Positions 54,201 through 64,000 of a DNA stretch of 64,000 nt are shown here, piece after piece (positions within the stretch are counted from its first letter, which is position 1; the number at the start of each line of letters is the position of its first letter). Origin of the DNA: Chrysomallon squamiferum (lineage: Eukaryota > Animalia > Mollusca); the NCBI GenBank assembly GCA_012295275.1, contig CM022672.1:124001-188000 (forward strand), in the 5' to 3' direction. Under the pieces are notes generated by a model, which was given only the letters and a program-made list of their open reading frames with translations, had not been told where the DNA came from and made no database searches. Made by a program: the position numbers and the translations under genes.

Positions 54201-54460
54201 CTATTTTATACTGTCATTTCTCAACTGTAAAAGAGTATCATTTCTACTGCTGTTTTACAAATATCTCATCTGATTTATTTCTTATCACATTCTTTGTAAA
54301 AACTGCTATTCACCTAATCGATTGCCTGACACTTTCACTGAAGATTCAGATAGGAACGCTTTAGTTCCAACATCCCAAAAATCTCTACGTAATAACGCTA
54401 AGGAGTTAAAATTTTAATTAGGAGTTTATACATAATTTTAAGAAGTTATTATCAATCAAA

Positions 54461-54493
<33 letters not shown>

Positions 54494-55678
54494 ATTGTCC
54501 ACCTAATACTGATATATCAGATATTTTTAATTAATTATTTTGAGTTGTGATAGTTCTATGAAAATTAATGTTTTATAGACGAATATATATTACAGTCACT
54601 GTTGATAGTTCAGTATACATTAGTGTTGTTTAGTATACATTAGTCAGTGTTGATAGACTTAAGTTTCGCAGCGGTGTCGACATAACCCTGATTCCTGTTT
54701 GACTTGTTTGACAAATGCAGGTAAAATTATAAGCCTGTCATCATATATCTCCTCTATTGTACGTGCACAACACAATTCATAGAGCATATTTCTCTAGAAA
54801 CGTGGCTCATTTTTTATACAACAGTTATTTATGAAACGTTTATTGTTGACAAAGACGAGCAGTCACTGTTTACTTAGCTTTCATATTTGACGACAACGAA
54901 AAGCGGAATTTCTTCATATCTTATTACTTTCATATTCATAAAATATAATTTTTTTATGATGTCATGTCGTTAAAACTACATTTTTTGCCGAAATCGTCTC
55001 ACAGTATCGTCTCCGGTCAGATAAAATTACTTGTTGTTAATGCATCACTAATCATAAACTACTGTAAATTTCCTCCAAAATAAACGTATAATAGTGTTAA
55101 CAACACGGTACACATTAAATAACGCCTACTCGATAAATATCGCAGATCAAGTGACGCAGCTGAAAGCTGCTCTCACCCCCACCCCTCCCACAAGACAGAA
55201 AAAGAGAGACAAGCAAAGTGAGACAGAGAGAGACAACCGAACATAACGTCAGAGACTGAGAGAGATAGTAAATGGGTTGGTTATAGTTAAAAGTAACTGT
55301 GTGTGAATGTGTATATGTAAGAGTCATGGAAAATGGTTGGTAATTGCAAACGTTTAATGATTCTGATTATGAATTAGCAAATTGGATCGATTGTGTAACT
55401 AAATTAATCTTCCTTTAGTGACACAAATGAAACCAGAAGCTGATTTTCTTGTTATCTTAATATTAGCAAGTATGGGCAACAAGCCAAATATTTTTTCTTT
55501 TCAAACCTGTTGTGTTTTGTTGAATATATTGAAATGTATTATAGTATTGTATATTCTGGTGGGGCCTCGTTCATTTGCACGTGGTATGAATTTCTTTGTC
55601 CACTGAAAGGAAACATTTTTTTTATATTTTTTTCAAATTATTATAGTGGGCTTCCTGTCTCATTCTATTATTCTATTA

Positions 55679-55771
<93 letters not shown>

Positions 55772-58636
55772 TTTGTTTGTTTGTTTGTTTGTTTGTTTGT
55801 TTGTTTGTTTGTTTAATTACTGAACTTACAGACCCTATTTTAATATTAAAAAGTAATGGCTAAAATCCGATCGAACCTGTATAATTGATTCAATAATAAT
55901 CTACTTTGATTTGCTTATCTTTTAAGATGTTGATTATGGTGCCTGGTGCCCCAAGAATACAAGTGCTGGCGAGTGGTTCGAGGTGAACTTTTATAAGCCG
56001 GCCAATGTTACGCAAATCACACTGCAGATACCAGCAACAAAGAACACGAGCATTGTCAACTACATAACACGATTCAAGATTCAGATGGAGCTGTCGACGT
56101 CATCCCCTGGTGACCTCACAACATACGAAGAGCCAGAATCACACAGTCAGGTCTGTTTACATGTAGACTGATGAAATATACTTCGTAATACGATGTTTTC
56201 TGATCATTACACCAGTTTACTTCTTACTTTACTGTTAATACAGAACACTTCTTACTTCACTGTTAATACAATACACTTCTTATTTGATAGTTAACACAAT
56301 ACACTTCTTATTTGACTGTTAATACAATACACTTCTTATTTGACTGTTAATACAATATACTTCTTATTTGATTGTTAACACAGTACACTTCTTATTTGTT
56401 TGTTAAACCAGTTTACTTCTTACTTCACTGTTAACACAATACACTTCTTATTTGTTTGTTAACACAATACACTTCTTATTTGTTTGTTAACACAATACAC
56501 TTCTTATTTGACTGTTAATACAATACACTTCTTATTTGTTTGTTAATACAATACACTTCTTAATTGATTGTTAATACAATACACTTCTTATTTGACTGTT
56601 AATACAGTACACTTCTTATTTGTTTGTTAAAACAGTTTACTTCTTACTTCACTGTTAATACAGAACGCTTCTTACTTCACTGTTAATACAATACACTTCT
56701 TATTTGACTGTTAATACAATATACTTCTTATTTGATTGTTAATACAATATACTTCTTATTTGATTGTTAACACAGTACACTTCTTATTTGTTTGTTAAAC
56801 CAGTTTACTTCTTACTTCACTGTTAACACAATACACTTATTATTTGACTGTTAATACAATATTTATTTGTTTGTTAACACAATACACTTCTTATTTGTTT
56901 TACAAACTTATTTGACAATACACTTCTTATTTGATTGTTAACACAATACACTTCTTATTTGTTCTTATTTACTTTTGTTAATACTTATTAATACAATACA
57001 CTTCTTATTTGTTTGTTAAACCACTTGTTAATACTGTAAACTTCTTATTTGTCTGTTAATACTTATTTGACTGTTAATACAATATACTTCTTATTTGATT
57101 GTTAACACAGTACACTTCTTATTTGTTTGTTAAACCAGTTTACTTCTTACTTCACTGTTAACACAATACACTTCTTATTTGACTGTTAATACAATACACT
57201 TCTTATTTGTTTGTTAACACAATACACTTCTTATTTGACTGTTAATACAATACACTTCTTATTTGATTGTTTTCTGTTAATACAGTAAACTTCTTATTTG
57301 TTGTTGTTAATACGGTACACTTCTTATTTAAAACAGTATACTTACTTTCTTCTTACTTAATTATTAATTTACTGTTAATACAACTTGTTATTTGATTGTT
57401 AAAGTACACTATATTACACTTCTTATTTGACTGTTAATACAATTTTTATTTGTTTGTTAAAATATACACCTTATTTATCCGTTAAAACAGTATGCTTCTT
57501 ATTTACTGTTAACTCAATAGATCGTTAATAATACACTTATTTGTTTTTACGTGCTCTTATTTGACTGTTAAACAGTATATTTGTTTACTGTTTCTTAATT
57601 GATTGTTAATCCAGTAAACTTCTTATTTACTGTTAATACAGTATACTTCTTATTTGTCTGTTAATACGGTACACTTTTATTCAGTATGTGTGTTACTTTT
57701 TCACTTTAAACTCCTGTGTTTTTTACGTTTTTACCTAATTAAGCCAATGTTTAACCTAAAAATATTTTGTACGATTTTAATACCAATATACACCTTACGT
57801 ATCCGTTAAAATAGAAGACACGAGATCGTTAATAAGTACACTTTTATTCGTGAGAAAGTATATTATTACGTTAACTACTTTTTCTCTAATTACTTCTTAC
57901 TTTTCGTTTATTCAGTATGTGTGTTACTTATTCCTACTATTGTGTTTTACGTTTTCATTAAGCCAATGTTTAACCTAAATATAATATGTATTAATGTATA
58001 TATAGAAGACAAATGTGTATTACAAAAATATATTACGATTATTACTACTACTATTGCTATTCCTACTATTGGTACTATTACTACTACTACTACTAGTACT
58101 ATTACTATTACTAATATCACTACACTTATTACTAACACAATTGTTGTTGTTTTTATTAGCGAAGTAATGATTTGTTTTATTTCATTTTTTAAAAGGTGTT
58201 TGAGGCAAATTTCACTGCATCCTCTACCTGGTCAATGGCTGTATCATCAGATGCAGTACGACGTGTTCGAGTCGTCGTTGTAGACTTCCATAATGAGCCG
58301 TGTTTTAGACTAGAGTTGGCTGGATGCTACGTTAACGGTAAATTATTTCAACTGTTATTCTGTCAAATGTTAAAATTAAATTATAATTAATTTCACAGTC
58401 GCGTAATACTTTTATATTATCTTTGAACTCGAATTTCTTCCCAGATGTTTCCGTGCTATAACTCCATCAACTAATATGATGATCTGAACAGTAGATTACC
58501 AGTAAAAGAAAGCTACACTTTCCAACGACATGTAGTTGGGGCTCTCAGTAATGTAGTATACTTCGTAGGGAATGTCAGGTGTCGCTGATTTGTGTTATTA
58601 TATGTTTATAAACATTCTCATGAATTTCTACAACTG

Positions 58637-58728
<92 letters not shown>

Positions 58729-61700
58729 ATTGGTTCTTTTCTTCAGTTACGATTCCTGCCAATGCTTTGACAAAACCTAGCCTCTATTTGGAATATACGT
58801 CACTGGATAAGATGTACCTTGTTTGTGTCATAAATGATAAAGTCACCTTCAGTGTACAGTACAAAGTCACATGGTATCAGGAGGATACCAAAACCACTTC
58901 AGTGTTATTGAAAAACGGTGAAATGCAAAATAAACAGCTTGTACTGGCTTCCAACTTTACACAGAAACAAAGAGTAAGAAATATATATTGTTACTACACA
59001 ACCATCACTATTACTACTGATACTAATAATACTGATGCTGCTGCTACTACTAGTATTGCTGCTATTATAACTAATATTACTGCTGCTACTACCGCTCTAC
59101 AGCTACCACTACAATTATTACTACTATTACTACAACTACTACTCACCTCAGCAGGTACTATTATTACCATAGCTACTGTTAATACTACAGTTACCTCCAT
59201 TATTGATAAATACTTTATTACTACTGCAACAATTACTACTATTACTACTACTCTACTATTACTATAAGCTGTAATTATTGCACTACTTCTGTTAGTACTC
59301 TGCTGCAATAACAATTTCTTTTACTCTCGCTAAAACAACAGCTACTACAACTATTATTATATTGATAATGATAATAACGATTATGGTAATAATGGTGATG
59401 ATTATGGTTATTGCAATGATTAAACGAAAAAAATAAAATAAAATAAATAAAATAAAATGGCAGATAAAATACTACTATTACTACTATTATTGCTTTTACT
59501 ACTCCTCCTCCTACTACTAATAATAATAAATAAATAAATAAATAAATTAAGATTACAAATAAATATTTTCAGCACGTGTGTAAAGTGCAGGCTTGCTACA
59601 CGCCGCTCTGTGGAGACCAGCTCAGCGACGTGAAAGTCAGTGACGTGTACAGACCACAGATACGGGTGAGTTGACGTCGTCGCTAGTGGTGTTCTGTCTG
59701 TGTGTTGTAGACATAAAAATGCCTGTGTACTTTATGTATACATTTTATTAAAATATATTTTATGTATATTGTTTGATTTTTATAATTGTGCACTTTCTGT
59801 ATACATTTTATTATAATGTACTTTATGTATACATTATAATAGTTGTGTACTTTTTATAGACATTTTAACAGTAATCTATTTTGTATATACATATTAATAA
59901 TAATGTATGCTTATTAGTAATAGTGAACTTTGTTCACATACATTAACAATACTCTTGCGAACATTATTTATTTAGTAATACAAGTTATTCTTTCTGTGTT
60001 ACAGCTTGTCTCTGATGAACATCTCAATCTGACAGAGGGAGAATCAGACGTACGGATCAAATTTACTTTCAATGCACCACCCAATTTACTCTGTCTTATT
60101 GCAAACAAAAAGCTCGACTGCAAAGTGTTTGTCGTTGCCATGGTCACTGACAAAGATCCAGTAAAATGCAGTTCTCCAGCAGACTGGCTGCTTCCTCAGA
60201 TTGTGTTTCCTACAGTGAAAGAAATGGGATGCGCAACTCCCATCACAATGGCGAGGTGGCAGACAACACAGAGTGTGAGAGTGAGAGCGAACCAGGACAT
60301 GTTGATTGATGGTTCCCGCTCATCACTGGTCACTCTCATTACAAAGATAGACGATTACATCTATAGCGAATCACAGACAAAATCAGAGGTAAACATGACT
60401 GCAGCAAATTTTGTGTTCAGAAAATCTGTACCAAGTAAATAGTACAAAAAAAGAAAAGAAAAACGAAAAGAAAAGAAAAAAAATATGAAAATGAAAAAGA
60501 AAATATAAAATACAGAAGTGTAATATAAAATGCTGAGTATTAACGTCCAAGTGGTAATACAGTCATTTTAATATTTATTTTCTACTTTCAGGTTTCAATA
60601 AAAGACAACGATAGGAAAGCTGTCTGTCAGTCTCTTAATGATCCACATTTGAAAACATTCGACAACAAGTAAGTCTAAATGTTTCAAGTTTGAAAACATT
60701 CAATAGAATGTGAGTCTAAATGTTCCACGTTTGAAAATATTCGACAAGTAAATCTAATTGTTCCACGTTTGAAAACATTCGACAAGCAAGTATAAATATT
60801 CCACGTTTGAAAACATTCGACAAGTAAGTATAAATATTCCACGTTTGAAAACATTCGACAAGTAAGTATAAATATTCCACGTTTGAAAACATTAAGTTTA
60901 GATGAAACAGATACCGTGATTAATTCTAATTTGAAATATAATACGTAATAAGCTCAGTATGGTATTTGTACAATATACAAAGCTATTTTCGTAATACGTC
61001 TTGCACAATATAGATAGATAGATAGATAGATAGATACAGAGATAGATATATAGTCTTGCACAGTATATAGTTACAGTGCATAATAGGTTTTATCTTCAGA
61101 ATTCAATGATATATTTTAGATACTACGACTACCACAGTGAAGGTGAATTCATCTTCTATCGAAACAAGAAGCTCCCATTTGAGGTAATTAGTTACTGCTT
61201 TCTAAGTATGATCTTCCAAAAAACCCAAAACATTTATTGATTTTTATTTTTTTCTCTTTTAATCTAATGCTCCTTACGTATAATACATGATATTAATTTT
61301 CAAAACATTATAGTACTAAATAAAATTAATACTTGTTCTATCAAGACTGGCTGTACGTAAGTTAGATAATATTATATTCATTGTACAAATGATGAAACTA
61401 AATTATATTGAACATATTTTTTTTTTTTGCAGGTTAGGACGTTCTACAAAAAGTGTGTTGCAAGTAACAATGCGTCGCCGTCGTGTAACTGCGCCGCGGC
61501 TGTGAAGTCTGGCGATGACGTCATTGTATTCAAAGGCTGTAAACCAGGCGAGGGAATTTCAGTTGATATGTTCCTGAACAGAGACCTTGAAAATGGCACG
61601 AGCGTCTTCAGATATAAAGGAGGCAAGGAGTACAAGGTATTCTTAAAGTTATGATTTTAGTCGTGCCCATGCTATTCACAATCTGTGTTGTCAGTCGTGT

Positions 61701-63801
61701 AACTTTTACTCGGTGTATATAGTAGCTGGACCAACAGGACCGATAACTCGTACAGCACAAATTACGTCACCGGAAAAAATGACTGCAGAATATGCCATTT
61801 AATGGGTACAAACTACACCTGAATGTTCTTTTCTTTTGGGTTGTTACATGGGGAACATTGCCAATTAGAAATGTTAATATATTAATCTTGTAATAAATTA
61901 TAATTTTAGTTTATTATGTATGCATTTTCAAAACTCCATAGCGGACAGTTCCGAGTAAATAGTTGTAAAACAATACTTGAACTATTATAATTTTTTTTTT
62001 TTTTTTTTTATAATATTTATTTCCATTTTCAATATATTAAAAGTGGTATTTTCATGCAAAAAGCAAACTGATCTCGTTTTTTTTTTTTTTTTTTTTTAAA
62101 TGATTGCCTTGATACATTCATTAAGATGCCTGATACCCCTTATAGAACAAAACTGAAAAAAATTAAAGGTCCATCAGCCGGCCGTATAAAAAACAAATAG
62201 CGATCATATAAAGTTTTCACTCTTTTTCGTTAAAAGCTATACAGTTATGTATGCAAACTACGAATTTCCTATTTTCATTTTAAAAAGGTTATTGGTCCTT
62301 GTTATATTTAGTGCTTGTGTCGTATTAACTTTAATTTTAGTCGTGTCATTATTTTTTAGTACTCGGTTATTATCATTACACCTGTAATCACAGTCGTGTT
62401 CAGAAAAGTATTTGCCCTGTCGTATGATGTATAATAAAGCTGCTGTGCGAGTGAGGTAATCTTCCCTTCAGCGATATTTGTTTTTGATTTTTAAAATAAT
62501 TTCGATCGCCGATGACAAAGCAGCGAAAATATGGTTGCAATTCAGGCAAGTCGTGTAACAACAAATTGGTAGCATTTATGGCGAAAAAAAAGAAGAAGAA
62601 AAAGAACAAGAACAAGAAAAAAAAAAATGGAATTTAGATGATGAGGTAAAAAAAGGATTGCTGCAGTAATATCTAAGTATGGTTGTTTTGGTGCAAGATG
62701 TACCGTAGATCATCTGTCGCAAACGTATGAAAACAATTTTCATCCAATTTCAATAAAAAAGAAAAAAAGCCCAGAATAAAATAGTGATATATAGTGTTTA
62801 AGTACATCGATAGCTGTATATAGTATTTATAGTGCATCACTGGCTATATATATATAATATATATCTGTACATAGTGGTCATTGAATGTCAATAACTGTAG
62901 AGAGTGTTTATATTATCAGTTGATATTTATTATTATTACATTCTAATCATGTGTCTGTATTTTCTAGGTGGTGTTCCCCACTGGTGCATTCCTTGTCATT
63001 CGAGAGAGTTTCATGAATTTTATAAACATATGGTTTTACCCATCACCACTTGATTTCAACAACACAGAAGGTATTAGTCACATTTTATGTATTTCTGTAG
63101 TAATAAAGTTAAATAAATAAAGAAATAATTGTTTCAAACATGAATATAACAATTATTTTAATAAGATATGACACAGAAATGTGTAGATAAAACAAAAACT
63201 AAAAAACATAAAATTTAATCTTTGACTCTTCAAAAATGTTCCAGCCATTAAACATGAACAACTTTGAATACATTGATTTGTATTTAAAGTCTTGTGATTG
63301 TGAAAAGTTTATTTTGAAAAAGATCATCAAATCAGTGCCATTTCCATTTTATATAACATCAGATTATATTAACAAACTAAACATTGCTTCAGTGAGATCT
63401 TTGCAGCATATATTAAAAGTATGCATATTTCTTTATCTTTGTTTGTTAATATTCTAGGACTGTGTGGCAATTTTGATGCAGATGCAGACAATGATGAAGT
63501 TACAAGTTTAAAATGGAGGTATTTATTTATTTTCTTGAATAGACAACATTTAAGATCATATTTTTAAAATTACTTTTATGTGCAATTTTTATCTTCTTAT
63601 AGCACTGTAGCATGAAATGAAAATTTAGTCACACTTTCAGAGTGAGCAAAGAAGACAGCATCTACAATGGGCAGTGTCCAGGTAAAAGCACACCAGTCTC
63701 AGTGCCACTGACCACAGACTGTGCCTGTCAGTCTGATCAGCCTCAGTGTTCTGCATCACTGGGAATACAGACCTGTCACTTGTACAGCGGATACCAGACA
63801 G
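49404..63801 (+). CDS. VWDE-like secreted protein (signal peptide, F5/8 type C discoidin domain, Ig-like/unassigned region, VWD domain); multi-exon, continues past the window end
   Basis: Phase-consistent GT-AG exons: 49404-49470 (signal peptide), 52806-52919 (CLDPFGMQNGEI..YARLN), 55927-56150 (GAWCP..EWFEVNF), 58196-58337 (CFRLELAGC), 58747-58973, 59573-59665, 60005-60388, 60592-60668 (CQSLNDPHLKTFD), 61120-61183 (GEFIFYR), 61433-61636 (CNCAAAVKSGDDV), 62968-63070, 63458-63518 (GLCGNFD..DND), 63641-63801. Confidence 0.85.
56210..57690. repeat. Intronic 28-bp minisatellite, degenerate towards the 3' end
   Basis: Unit aatacaatacacttcttatttgactgtt repeated dozens of times. Confidence 0.95.
58640..58724. 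repeat. (AG)n microsatellite
   Basis: Pure AG run ending about 22 nt upstream of the exon at 58747. Confidence 0.98.
60644..60892 (+). repeat. ~38-bp tandem repeat derived from an exon 3' end plus its splice donor
   Basis: ccac[a/g]tttgaaaacattcgacaa(caa)gtaagt repeated about 6-7 times, the first copy lying inside the exon. Confidence 0.85.
61721..62304. mobile_element. MITE-like element, copy 2 (internally shorter), intronic
   Basis: Ends ggaccaa...ttggtcc; collinear homology with 43633-44582. Confidence 0.7.
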
Positions 63802-63817
63802 GTGAGTGGCATACACA

Positions 63818-64000
63818 CATCTACACAGTGTCAGTAGTGAGCACAATGCATCTACACAGTGTCAGTAGTGAGCACATTGCATCTACACAGTGTCAGTAGT
63901 GAGCACAATGCATCTACACAGTGTCAGTAGTGAGCACAATGCATCTACACAGTGTCAGTAGTGAGCACACTGCATCTACACAGTGTCAGTAGTGAGCACA
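63818..64000. repeat. 31-bp minisatellite running off the window end
   Basis: Unit catctacacagtgtcagtagtgagcacaatg, about 6 copies. Confidence 0.95.

Noticed and set aside
58572-59314. 231-aa ORF with an (ER)n run and Thr-rich tail, and the opposite-strand Val-rich ORF
   Set aside because: Only 58747-58973 is a splice-bounded exon; the flanks are an (AG)n microsatellite and (ACT/ATT)n low-complexity intron

Overview
AT-rich, intron-rich eukaryotic DNA; an invertebrate, probably molluscan/lophotrochozoan, by inference. The main feature is a + strand transcription-factor locus (1923-42128) organised like Drosophila lola/mod(mdg4) but with no recognisable BTB domain. Two common coding exons (1942-2545, 4103-4467) end in a phase-0 donor. 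Downstream lie 23 open alternative terminal exons plus 1 pseudo-exon, each with its own polypyrimidine-AG acceptor and stop codon. Two encode pipsqueak-type HTH domains and 19 encode phase-0 C2H2+C2HC zinc-finger pairs. Two more finger-pair exons are phase 2 and stay in frame only via a 47-nt adaptor exon (38293-38339), which is flanked by inverted minisatellite arms. A second + strand gene (49404 to beyond the window end) encodes a secreted VWDE-like protein with a signal peptide, an F5/8 type C domain and a VWD domain. The window also holds a decayed Tc1/mariner transposase, MITE-like elements and many mini/microsatellites. All splicing models are read from sequence alone and need transcript confirmation.
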